A stretch of 64,000 bases of DNA from the IMG/VR virus record IMGVR_UViG_3300019487_000319; one strand, written 5' to 3'. Made by a program: the position numbers and the translations under genes. The notes under the pieces are model-generated. The model worked only from the letters and a program-made list of their open reading frames with translations, was not told the origin of the DNA and did not search any database. This document shows, one piece after another, positions 44,560-52,887 of this stretch. This stretch comes from a virus. How positions within the stretch are numbered: position 1 is the stretch's first letter; every line of letters starts with the position of its first letter.

Positions 44560-45341
44560 TATGACACGTAATTCGTGAGTTCATATCTTCCAGTAGGCAT
44601 TCTGTAAATGCTTATATGGAGATATTTCTTGGTCGGCTTGCCCTTATATTGTAAAAGTTTGTAATGGGTATCCTTATGTTGTTCATATCCAATGCCACCA
44701 TACATATATGGTTGACGAATACCGTATTTGTCGGCTTCGCTTTGTTTATGTTCACTTGGGTCAATAACAATCTTGTTACTTTCAATGAACTGTTCAACCG
44801 CTGCTAGTGTTTCAGAAAGATTTTCGTAGAAGGGTTTATTTGTTTCAGTGACCGGGTCTTTCTCAGGTTGTGGTTTAATTATTGCATGACTATAACCCAA
44901 ATTTTCTCTAATTAAAGACTTGATGATTTCTTTCAATTCTTCTACGGATATTTTTGATTCTCGGATATCAGCCCAAGTGAGTCTATCAGGACCATTCGTT
45001 TCATAGTCGCCGATTCCTTGATCATCATCGTAGTGATATCGAGATGCTTTAACATATCCTTGTATGTTTCCCACTTCGTAAAAATTGTAATTGGCTTGGG
45101 CCACATCTTTTGCTACTTGATCTACATCTTCCTCAGTTTCTAAATCCATTCTTCCTTCACCATATTCGTAACGAATAAATAAAACTTCATCGCCTTGAAC
45201 TCTTTTTTCCACGGCAATCCATTGATAGTTGTTTCCTTGAGTTGGGTAAAACGCAATGAATTCGCCTTCTTTAATTTTATAAATAAGACCTAAAATGTCA
45301 TCTGGCGATTTTGACGGAAGTGGCTTAATTTCTCTATTCAT
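44559..45341 (-). CDS. hypothetical two-domain protein
   Basis: 260-aa ORF with an internal EELKEIIKSLIRENL segment between its two halves. Confidence 0.55.
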   Translation of the reverse strand: MNREIKPLPSKSPDDILGLIYKIKEGEFIAFYPTQGNNYQWIAVEKRVQGDEVLFIRYEYGEGRMDLETEEDVDQVAKDVAQANYNFYEVGNIQGYVKASRYHYDDDQGIGDYETNGPDRLTWADIRESKISVEELKEIIKSLIRENLGYSHAIIKPQPEKDPVTETNKPFYENLSETLAAVEQFIESNKIVIDPSEHKQSEADKYGIRQPYMYGGIGYEQHKDTHYKLLQYKGKPTKKYLHISIYRMPTGRYELTNYVS

Positions 45342-45371
45342 ATCACCATATAAATATGTTACATATCTTCT

Positions 45372-45405
45372 AAAAACAAAAAAGCCGTCCGTCAGGACGG
45401 CTTTG
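45372..45405 (-). terminator. rho-independent terminator after the sHSP gene
   Basis: AGCCGTCCgtcaGGACGGCT (8-bp stem, extendable by A-T pairs). The minus strand continues TTTTTTGTTTTT. Confidence 0.7.
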
Positions 45406-45419
45406 TTATATTTTGTTAA

Positions 45420-45902
45420 TTACCTCACTTCTATTTGTTTAACTGTATCCGTCTTTGGAGTCGGCTTTACCTTGTTGAGAGTAATTTCTAATATTCCATT
45501 TTCAAATTTAGCAGATACGTTGTTTTTATCAACATTCTCACCTAGGGAGAATGAACGACAAAAAGACGACCGTTTCAATTCCTTATGGATATATTTGTGT
45601 TCTTTTGTCTCAATGGATTGTTTTTCCCCTTTAATTCTAAGGACATTATCTTCTACTTCAACTAATACTTGTTCCTTTTTAAGACCTGGAACCTCTGCTT
45701 CAATAACCACTTTATCCAATTCATCTCTTATATCAACTTTTGGATAAGACCCTTTTCCAAAAAAATCCACTCCGAAATTTGAATGTAATTCCGGAAAGTT
45801 ATCGTTGAAGAATGTTTCAAATAGTGAAGAGAATGGAGTTAAAAACTCATCTCTATTTAAGGATGGAACCGATGTATTGTATCTAACTAATGAATTTTTC
45901 AT
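45420..45902 (-). CDS. small heat-shock protein (Hsp20/alpha-crystallin family)
   Basis: PKVDIRDELDKVVIEAEVPGLKKEQVLVEVEDNVLRIKGEK...FCRSFSLGENVDKNNVSAKFENGILEITL is a canonical alpha-crystallin domain. Confidence 0.85.
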   Translation of the reverse strand: MKNSLVRYNTSVPSLNRDEFLTPFSSLFETFFNDNFPELHSNFGVDFFGKGSYPKVDIRDELDKVVIEAEVPGLKKEQVLVEVEDNVLRIKGEKQSIETKEHKYIHKELKRSSFCRSFSLGENVDKNNVSAKFENGILEITLNKVKPTPKTDTVKQIEVR

Positions 45903-45978
45903 AATTGACCTTTCTTTTAATAACGTTTTAGTCTATTAAACGATTTACCCTCACAAGAAGCGTAAACCTTATCAGAAT

Positions 45979-46006
45979 ATATATAGAGTAAAAATAAGGT
46001 TTCAAG
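45979..46006 (-). promoter_or_regulatory. promoter candidate upstream of the sHSP gene: exact CTTGAAA (-35 of sigma32 type) with a CTATATAT -10-like box 13 nt downstream
   Basis: The minus strand reads aaCTTGAAAccttatttttactCTATATATattc. It can also be read as a sigma70-like TTGAAA plus TATATA. Confidence 0.35.
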
Positions 46007-46089
46007 TTATTTTATTCAGATAAAATTCAATGATGGATGTTGTTTTTAACTCCATTCTTAAACTCTTTATTGTCTATTGAACATGTGAT

Positions 46090-46134
46090 TATAAAAACGA
46101 AAACTCTCTACTACTAAAACAAGCAGTAGAGAGT
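46090..46134 (-). terminator. rho-independent terminator after the tail tube gene
   Basis: The minus strand reads CTCTCTACTgcttgttttagtAGTAGAGAG (9-bp stem) followed by TTTTCGTTTTTAT. Confidence 0.6.
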
Positions 46135-46166
46135 GTCCCTTAATAGGATTATTAGGCAGTATATAA

Positions 46167-46658
46167 TTAAAACTGTAGTATGGCGTAGTCGTACGACAAA
46201 GTAAGTGTAATTCCGAGTGGGTCGCCATTGTTCGTCCAGTCTAGGGTCTGGAAATCGGCATTAGTGATGAATGCACCTTTCAATGTCCATTCCTCAACCT
46301 TATCACCGACTGGTCCAAGGACATTTATGGTTATGTCCTTTTTATAGAAATCTTGATATCCATCACGGCCAGTAACCGATTCGTGAGAAAGACGAATCCA
46401 TTCCATTACAGCTTGGGCACCGGATGGAACAACTGGGTCATAAAGTTCAGCAGTAATTTCGTTCCAAATCGTCTTTCCTTTGTAGTATCTTTGAAGGTTG
46501 ATGTGGTCGAGGGCCTTGCGTTCGCTAGTTGGCTTTGGTCGGTCACATTTCTTCAAAATGAACGATGGGATACCATCGACATACATGATGAAACGATTTT
46601 GTGTTTTTGTTTCGAAGGCCGTCCAGAATATCTCATTGGAATTTAGTAAATCTGCCAT
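46167..46658 (-). CDS. tail tube protein (T4 gp19-like)
   Basis: 163 aa. FIMYVDGIPSFILKKCDRPK...NEITAELYDPVVPSGAQAVMEWI...WTLKGAFITNADFQTLDW...ITLTLSYDYAILQF matches the gp19-type pattern. Its context is the tail module. Confidence 0.7.
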   Translation of the reverse strand: MADLLNSNEIFWTAFETKTQNRFIMYVDGIPSFILKKCDRPKPTSERKALDHINLQRYYKGKTIWNEITAELYDPVVPSGAQAVMEWIRLSHESVTGRDGYQDFYKKDITINVLGPVGDKVEEWTLKGAFITNADFQTLDWTNNGDPLGITLTLSYDYAILQF

Positions 46659-46694
46659 AAAATTATCTTTCTTTTAATGTTTTATAATCCAACA

Positions 46695-46707
46695 CTAATA
46701 TAAATAT
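46695..46707 (-). promoter_or_regulatory. conserved box ATATTTATATTAG (late-promoter-like), 36 nt upstream of the tube gene ATG
   Basis: The plus strand reads ctaatataaatat. The identical 13-mer is at 52208-52220, with near-identical copies at 58114-58127, 45346-45357, 51811-51822, 54734-54746 and 42496-42508. Confidence 0.4.
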
Positions 46708-46782
46708 ACATCAAATAATAATTTGATTTTTTTTGTATTCGATTCTTAATTATTGTTACTGCGTTTGAACCAATGGATCAAT

Positions 46783-48339
46783 ATGAATAAAGAACCGATT
46801 ATTAAAAAATGTGAAGTCTGTGATAAGGATTATGAAATTCCACATCGAAAAAGGAGCAAAGCGTCTCAACGGAGATTTTGTTCTAAGTCATGTTCTAATA
46901 GAAGTCCCGATGTTTTAGAAAAAATACAACGTAACAAGTTACTTACATATAGGAAAAAATATGGCGTGGATCACCCAATGAAAACCAAAGAAGTTGTTTC
47001 TAATTTTAAGTCATCTATGAAGGAAAAATATGGGATAGAACATGCTTTACAGTCGTCGATTTTTTTACAAAAATCCAAAGATACTAAATTAGAAAAATAT
47101 AGTGATGAAAATTTTAATAATGTAGAAAAGATGAAAAAAACATGTTTGGATAAGTATGGTGTAGAAAATTATGTTTTAACAGATGAGTATAAGGAAAAAA
47201 CAAAACAGACTTGTTTAGAAAAATACAACGTAGAATTTCCTTCACAAGCAAATTCATATAAGGAAAAATACAAAAATACAATTTTTGATAGATTTTTATC
47301 ATCTGGAAGATTCGATAATTTTACTCCATTATTTGATATAAAAGAATACAACGGTGTTCTTAAAAATAAAAAATATGAATTTAAATGTGATAGATGTGAT
47401 CAGACAGTTTTGTGTAATTTAAATGATGGCAGGTTTCCATTTTGTTTCAAATGTGACAAAGATGACGCTTCATACGGTCAAAAGGAAATATACGATTTCT
47501 TAAAAGAAGAATTGGGAAACGATGTAACAATTTTAACAAACGAACGAACTATTTTATATCCTAAAGAAATAGATATTTATATACCTTCATTAAAACTAGC
47601 CATCGAATTCAATGGAACATATTGGCATTGTGAATTAACAGGAAATAAAAATAAAACGTATCATCTTAATAAATCAAATAAATGTATATCTAAAGAAATT
47701 CGTTTACTTCATATTTTTGAATACCACTGGATAAAAAATAAAGAAATAGTGAAATCTATATTAAGAAATAAAATAAATGTTACAAAAAATAAAATATATG
47801 CTAGAAATTGTTTTATTAAATCCGTAGATATGCATGATTGTATCGAGTTTCTTGACAACAATCACATTCAGGGACGTGATAAAAGTAGTTTTAAATACGG
47901 ATTATACTATGATGATGAGTTAATATCCATTATGACTTTTTGTAAATCCAGATTTGATAAAAAATATGAATATGAAATGTCACGTTTTTGTAATAAATTA
48001 AATCTATCTGTGATTGGTGGATCATCCAAACTTTTTAGTTATTTTATTAACAACCAAAATCCAAAATCTATAGTGACATACTGTGATAGAAAATATTTTG
48101 ATGGTTCTGTTTATAGTAATTTAGGGTTCACCTTTGTAGGCCATACACCACCAAATTATTATTATGTTAATCAAGAACACACTGAATTATTTAATAGAAT
48201 GTCTTTTCAAAAACACAGACTCCAGAAAAAATTATTTTCCTTCGATAAAAATCTATCTGAGTGGCAAAATATGAAAAATAACGGATTTGATAGAATATGG
48301 GATTGTGGAAACTCTAAGTGGGTATGGAAGATAAATTAA
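46783..48339 (+). CDS. three-part homing-endonuclease-type protein: KYG repeats + Vsr/PD-(D/E)XK-like nuclease + Mom-like acyltransferase-fold domain
   Basis: First ATG at 46783 (MNKEPIIKKCEVCDK). There are four ~25-aa repeats (KKYGVDHPM / EKYGIEHAL / DKYGVENYV / EKYNVEFPS). The nuclease core is KEIDIYIPSLKLAIEFNGTYWH...LLHIFEYHW. The C-terminus is FLDNNHIQG..YGLYY..EMSRF..VIGGSSKLF..IVTYCDRKYFDGSVYSNLGF. Confidence 0.6.
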   Translation: MNKEPIIKKCEVCDKDYEIPHRKRSKASQRRFCSKSCSNRSPDVLEKIQRNKLLTYRKKYGVDHPMKTKEVVSNFKSSMKEKYGIEHALQSSIFLQKSKDTKLEKYSDENFNNVEKMKKTCLDKYGVENYVLTDEYKEKTKQTCLEKYNVEFPSQANSYKEKYKNTIFDRFLSSGRFDNFTPLFDIKEYNGVLKNKKYEFKCDRCDQTVLCNLNDGRFPFCFKCDKDDASYGQKEIYDFLKEELGNDVTILTNERTILYPKEIDIYIPSLKLAIEFNGTYWHCELTGNKNKTYHLNKSNKCISKEIRLLHIFEYHWIKNKEIVKSILRNKINVTKNKIYARNCFIKSVDMHDCIEFLDNNHIQGRDKSSFKYGLYYDDELISIMTFCKSRFDKKYEYEMSRFCNKLNLSVIGGSSKLFSYFINNQNPKSIVTYCDRKYFDGSVYSNLGFTFVGHTPPNYYYVNQEHTELFNRMSFQKHRLQKKLFSFDKNLSEWQNMKNNGFDRIWDCGNSKWVWKIN

Positions 48340-50357
48340 ATCTTTTGGTCAATAAAGACCTCCAAGTGGTCAAGGGCATATCCTTTTGATAATCGGTTTG
48401 GATTCATTCCTTGAGATTTTGCATCCGTGGCCATCTTATGTAATTCCTTCTTGAACGCTTCCCTAAAGGTTGCCATATCGGTTTTAACCCACTCATTTTT
48501 TCTATCTAACACGTTTTCTTCCTTAACGTGACTTCCGAGATGATGCCAAATCGGTCCACTATAAGAGAATTTCTTTCGATAGTCGTTATTGTATAAGAAT
48601 GATGTATATTTTTCATCATAATCTATATCATCGTCATCATTGAATCCTTTATTTTTCCTTGAAAATGACCACGCACCGTTTGGTTTGTCTGTCATCGATA
48701 GATAGTCAGGGTGTTTGTTTGTTATTACATTTCCATTCTTGTCTCTGATGTAAGTAATTCTTTGTCTCTGACCCTTTCCTCGTTTCTTTGGGTCAACAAA
48801 TTCACTACCACCTAACAACAATTTTTCAATATACGGCCAGACAAAAGCGTAAATTCCCCTCTTCGATGGAGGTCCATGAAATGTGGTAGGCGGTCCTTTG
48901 TATCCTTTTTGTTTTGTTAAACTAAGACCACCAAAAGTAACAAACTCCATTTTTTTATCTTTAAATGGATTATGTTTTCCTTCAGCAACTTTTCTACCCC
49001 ACGTTATGTATGGGTCATGCATTCTAAATTTATCCATATCTGACATGTGCATTGACGAACGGTGTTTTACTATATTTTTACCTGTTTTTGTTTTAATCCA
49101 ATCTGACACTGAATCTTTTACATCGGAACTTGGATTTCCCCACCAAAAAATAAAATCAGAGTCTTCTCTCCATCTATCATCATTCCTATTATATCCTGGA
49201 ACCTGCTGATGCGTCATAGTTTCACTATCTGATGATATAGCTTTTACATGTAAATCATCATCAACTAGACCAATCCATATACGTGTTCCTTTTGATTCTT
49301 TGTAAAATGATTTTTTGTATTCTGGATGTTTTAAATCAAATGCAGCATCTTTTGGATGTGGAATTAAATACTCTTCCGGAGTATATTTTTTCTTTATGGT
49401 TTTTGAATATTTAGGGTTTTCTTCTCCTGATAAATTAAACTGAACGATGGTAGGGTCAAGGACTGTTCCATCTTTTAATTCTATCCAAGTATGTTGATGT
49501 CTTCCTTGTCTAATAATATAACCTTCTACAACCCAAAAATCTTTCATACCCCTTTTTATTGCCTCTTCTGAAAATACTTTAGTAAATTCCATACAAACAC
49601 CAGATTTATCACAGTGTAATTTATCAGAGACTTCTTTAGCTAAATCGGTGTAATTTTTTTTTAAATCTACTGATTCTTTTAATGTAACTTCTTTATCATA
49701 TAACTGATTAGTTGCATCTTTTAATCTCTTTAAGTCACCAAAATTACGAAGAGCTTTAAACACAATGTTTTCGTTACTAAATTCCCCCTCTTTATTAAGT
49801 CCAGATTCACGATAAGCGGTTATTGATTTCATTAATGATTTCAATTTATCAACATCTTCCGTCTCGATAAATTTTGTTATTTGATCTTTTAACTGATGAT
49901 ACTTCTTTTTAATTTTTTCTTTATCTAATTCTATGTTTTCTCTTTTTGGTTCCTGTATCCATTCATCATGTAAAATAGAATAGATTCCTATGGATCTATT
50001 TGTGTCAGCAATATCTTGAAGATACACTTCAACTTTATGACCTTTAATGTCAATATTTTGGTGTTGAGTATTCCACTTAAAACCAAAATTATCCATTATC
50101 TTTCTTAGGTATTCTGGATTTATTTTCTCCTTGGAAGCATCAACTAATATATGAAGGTCTATATCACTTGTTGGGGTCCAGTTATAATTTGCTGCCGAAC
50201 CTAAAAAGTAAATATCTTGAATACCACCTTTAAGGTCCGTGGAATCATAAAAGTCCTTGGAGATTTTTAATAATCGTTTGCGAATCTCCGGTTTGAGTTT
50301 CATATCCTCATTCCAAAGATTCGGGTCTAACGTTTTATTGTAAACCCTAAGTTTCAT
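48336..50357 (-). CDS. multidomain protein: Pol-beta-type nucleotidyltransferase + transglutaminase-like Cys protease fold + unknown C-terminal domain
   Basis: YFLGSAANYNWTPTSDIDLHI is the GS-x(n)-DxD NTase motif. GVCMEFTKVF...GRHQHTWIELKDGTVLDPT gives the C...H.W.E...D(P)T transglutaminase-core pattern. 673 aa. Confidence 0.55.
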   Translation of the reverse strand: MKLRVYNKTLDPNLWNEDMKLKPEIRKRLLKISKDFYDSTDLKGGIQDIYFLGSAANYNWTPTSDIDLHILVDASKEKINPEYLRKIMDNFGFKWNTQHQNIDIKGHKVEVYLQDIADTNRSIGIYSILHDEWIQEPKRENIELDKEKIKKKYHQLKDQITKFIETEDVDKLKSLMKSITAYRESGLNKEGEFSNENIVFKALRNFGDLKRLKDATNQLYDKEVTLKESVDLKKNYTDLAKEVSDKLHCDKSGVCMEFTKVFSEEAIKRGMKDFWVVEGYIIRQGRHQHTWIELKDGTVLDPTIVQFNLSGEENPKYSKTIKKKYTPEEYLIPHPKDAAFDLKHPEYKKSFYKESKGTRIWIGLVDDDLHVKAISSDSETMTHQQVPGYNRNDDRWREDSDFIFWWGNPSSDVKDSVSDWIKTKTGKNIVKHRSSMHMSDMDKFRMHDPYITWGRKVAEGKHNPFKDKKMEFVTFGGLSLTKQKGYKGPPTTFHGPPSKRGIYAFVWPYIEKLLLGGSEFVDPKKRGKGQRQRITYIRDKNGNVITNKHPDYLSMTDKPNGAWSFSRKNKGFNDDDDIDYDEKYTSFLYNNDYRKKFSYSGPIWHHLGSHVKEENVLDRKNEWVKTDMATFREAFKKELHKMATDAKSQGMNPNRLSKGYALDHLEVFIDQKI

Positions 50358-50365
50358 TAACTTTA

Positions 50366-51310
50366 TTATTGAACACCTAAATAGCGTTCTGCATTAGCTA
50401 ATGACTCTTCATGACACGATGGGCAAAGAGTAGAAGATGTACCTGGATTTATTTTCTTTCCACATTTCATACATTTTCCGGTTTTTATAGCCAGTTTAAC
50501 CTTTTCTTGATGGTCATCTTTTTTATCTTCCTGAAGTTCATTATGCATTTTCAGTAATTCATCTGATAGTTTCTTAATCAATTCTAAATCTTGAATCACT
50601 GCTTGTTTACGATGAATACCTACCTGAGCAACACGATTTATATCTTTTATCAAATTAATTTCATGTTTTTCACTGTAACCATGTTCTTGTTCATGATCTT
50701 CGTTAATTATTTCACATAAAATACTAAGAATGTTTTCTTTTAATTTTGATGTAATTTCATCAGGCTTGCTACTAATACCATATTCTTTTCCCTTTGGCTG
50801 GGCACCCCAATAATGTAATTTTCCATGTTCTTCATTAACCGGAATGATATTAAGTTGTGGGTGTTTGGATTGAATTGCATCCATTTTTGTAGGATGTTGT
50901 GTAAATATCATTGCATCCTCTACTGATGGTTCATAACCTTTTTTAGTCAAATATTTACCATCTAATTTTCTTTGAACAATGTAATTCTCTCCACTTATTT
51001 CATTTTCCATTAAACCTAATTCTTTTTTACCATACATGGATGCGTATGCCGATTTTAGATCAACAGGAGAAGGTTTACCATCTATACGAAAATTTTTATT
51101 ATCTAATGGAACGTTATTTCTGACTTCAGGTTTCCCATCAGGCATTTGAACCGTAACGGTTGCTGTCTTTCCATCTTTACTGGGTTCGATGGTTAAAACC
51201 TTAAATGTTTTTGGTTGAAGACCTGTGGTCACGAGGGTTATCTTTGAATAGGTTTGTACACCCTTTGTATCCTTATCACCGCCACTTGTTATTTGAGATG
51301 TAGATATCAT
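50366..51310 (-). CDS. hypothetical protein with a C-terminal zinc ribbon
   Basis: 314 aa, ending CMKCGKKINPGTSSTLCPSCHEE. Confidence 0.5.
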   Translation of the reverse strand: MISTSQITSGGDKDTKGVQTYSKITLVTTGLQPKTFKVLTIEPSKDGKTATVTVQMPDGKPEVRNNVPLDNKNFRIDGKPSPVDLKSAYASMYGKKELGLMENEISGENYIVQRKLDGKYLTKKGYEPSVEDAMIFTQHPTKMDAIQSKHPQLNIIPVNEEHGKLHYWGAQPKGKEYGISSKPDEITSKLKENILSILCEIINEDHEQEHGYSEKHEINLIKDINRVAQVGIHRKQAVIQDLELIKKLSDELLKMHNELQEDKKDDHQEKVKLAIKTGKCMKCGKKINPGTSSTLCPSCHEESLANAERYLGVQ

Positions 51311-51810
51311 ACGTATTGACTTAAAATTTTTATTGTTTCTCGGGCAGACTTATGCAATATGCCGGTGCCACCCTTGTTATTCCATTCAGTAATAACGACC
51401 TCTGTATCATCTATAATTATATCTCCAGGCCTCGAATACTCTTGTTTTTTATGTTTGTTTGCAACTAAAATGATGTCCGATTCTCTGAGATTAGGTATAT
51501 TTTTTCTTAACCAACTATGTTTACCTCTATAAACCCCATTATTCCTTTCATTCTCCTTCCCCATAGCACTTAATATTTTAACAATCATGAAGTTAGAATA
51601 AATATAATTCCACATATCCTTGGAATAAGGCAACCATTCTAATTCCGAAAAAAACCTTTCTACCCCATGTTTTCGTATTTGAACCCATATAGGGTCATCA
51701 TCGTTAAAATAATAATTCATTCTTTTTCCGGTAGTTTTTTCTACACCGGAGTCGAAGTCTGCTAAGACTCCATCCATATCGACATAAATAATTTTATTAA
51801 CATCACTCAT
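51307..51810 (-). CDS. HAD-superfamily 5'(3')-deoxyribonucleotidase-like protein
   Basis: IIYVDMDGVLADFDSG is the DxDxV/T motif I in the NT5C-type context. 167 aa. Confidence 0.7.
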   Translation of the reverse strand: MSDVNKIIYVDMDGVLADFDSGVEKTTGKRMNYYFNDDDPIWVQIRKHGVERFFSELEWLPYSKDMWNYIYSNFMIVKILSAMGKENERNNGVYRGKHSWLRKNIPNLRESDIILVANKHKKQEYSRPGDIIIDDTEVVITEWNNKGGTGILHKSARETIKILSQYV

Positions 51811-51862
51811 GAGTATAAATATAAAGAAAGATATATAAGAAATTGACGGAAGTTTTTTTGTT

Positions 51863-51990
51863 CTGTACTTTAGAGCGTCGAGCGAAACAATGAGCGATAG
51901 CGAAGTGAAGCGACGGGCTCGATAGATACAATAAAGAAATAATTAGTACTGATCTTAAAAGATCAAGAATAAAGTACTTTAAAAGTACAG
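51863..51990. other. structured intergenic element: a 9-bp inverted repeat enclosing a locally GC-rich (A)GCG(A) repeat block and GTAC palindromes
   Basis: CTGTACTTT (51863-51871) pairs with AAAGTACAG (51982-51990). Inside are gagcgtcgagcgaaacaatgagcgatagcgaagtgaagcgacgggctcga, tgatcttaaaagatca and aaagtacttt. Confidence 0.3.
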
Positions 51991-51993
51991 TAC

Positions 51994-52197
51994 TCAGTAA
52001 GGATGTATCCTCACAGGATTTTTTAAAATCTTACTTCCGATTTGTCGAACAAATGATGGATACTCTTTAGAGTCAATTTCTGTCCATGCGTGGGATGCAC
52101 TCCAGGGTTGTCCGTAGTCATGCCCACTAGAAACATGCGACAGATTTTCGTCATCATATTCTACAAAAACCGGCGTTATATCAGATGATTTTTTCAT
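51994..52197 (-). CDS. hypothetical protein
   Basis: 67-aa ORF preceded by an ATATTTATATTAG box. Confidence 0.45.
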   Translation of the reverse strand: MKKSSDITPVFVEYDDENLSHVSSGHDYGQPWSASHAWTEIDSKEYPSFVRQIGSKILKNPVRIHPY

Positions 52198-52207
52198 AAA
52201 CTCTCAT

Positions 52208-52220
52208 CTAATATAAATAT
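52208..52220 (-). promoter_or_regulatory. conserved box ATATTTATATTAG, 10 nt upstream of the ATG of 51994-52197
   Basis: The plus strand reads ctaatataaatat, identical to 46695-46707. Confidence 0.4.
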
Positions 52221-52245
52221 CAGGAAATAAAACCAATCGAAGAAC

Positions 52246-52887
52246 TTAATAGGTAAATTTCTTAAAAACAGAATACGGTTTATTCAAAGCTTTTAAGGCA
52301 ATTTCTACTTCTTTAAGACATTCATTTATTCCTCCACCTGTCAAAACAATATTGTTATATTGTTTCAAAAAATCCATCAAATCAGGAATATGAACACAGT
52401 CGGCCGCTGCCTGTAATAATGTATAAACTTCTTTCTTATCTATACGTCTATACTGTCTTAAATATTTTGCCCACATTTCTCTATCCATATCTCGTGAATC
52501 ACGAATGTTATTTTCATACATGAATCTTACAAAGTTAGCGACAGAATCTTCATCAATACTGTTATCCATACAATACCTAAAGAAAGCATAACCCTTATCG
52601 TAGAAAATTGAGGTATCTAAAACACTTTCGTCTAAAGCGTTGTCTAATAACCACGTCTTATAGTCTTGTTCGGACACCATTCCCATTGTGTCTTCTCCAT
52701 TATACAAGAAAATAATTTTGTAAGCTTCGTTATCTATACTGTTTAACCACTCACACCATTCGTGAGGTTTAAAAAATATTCCACCTTCATATTCTGGTTG
52801 AATATCAACATTCATTATAACTTTTCCCGAAAAAGATTCTTCTATTATAATGGATTTAAGAGAAGTCATTATAATTTTTTCCCTCAT
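52246..52887 (-). CDS. possible isochorismatase/nicotinamidase-fold hydrolase
   Basis: MNVDIQPEYEGG (compare VDxQNDF), FYDKGYAFF (Lys block) and IVLTGGGINECLKEVEIAL (nucleophile Cys block) occur in the D-K-C order of cysteine hydrolases. There is a large insertion, and the call is from pattern only. Confidence 0.35.
   Translation of the reverse strand: MREKIIMTSLKSIIIEESFSGKVIMNVDIQPEYEGGIFFKPHEWCEWLNSIDNEAYKIIFLYNGEDTMGMVSEQDYKTWLLDNALDESVLDTSIFYDKGYAFFRYCMDNSIDEDSVANFVRFMYENNIRDSRDMDREMWAKYLRQYRRIDKKEVYTLLQAAADCVHIPDLMDFLKQYNNIVLTGGGINECLKEVEIALKALNKPYSVFKKFTY

Noticed and set aside
46699-46706. An exact T4-type late promoter TATAAATA on the plus strand upstream of the plus-strand endonuclease-type gene. 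The same plus-strand octamer occurs at 58120-58127 and 52213-52220.
   Set aside because: The octamer is simply the reverse complement of the core of the ATATTTATATTAG box, which recurs upstream of minus-strand genes. At the other sites there is no plus-strand gene to serve. I therefore did not call separate plus-strand late promoters, although the orientation remains experimentally open.
51870-51925. GC-rich patch, considered as a tRNA or other standard RNA gene.
   Set aside because: No acceptor stem or T-loop (GTTCRANYC-like) pattern is present and no cloverleaf can be drawn on either strand. It is kept only as an unexplained structured element.
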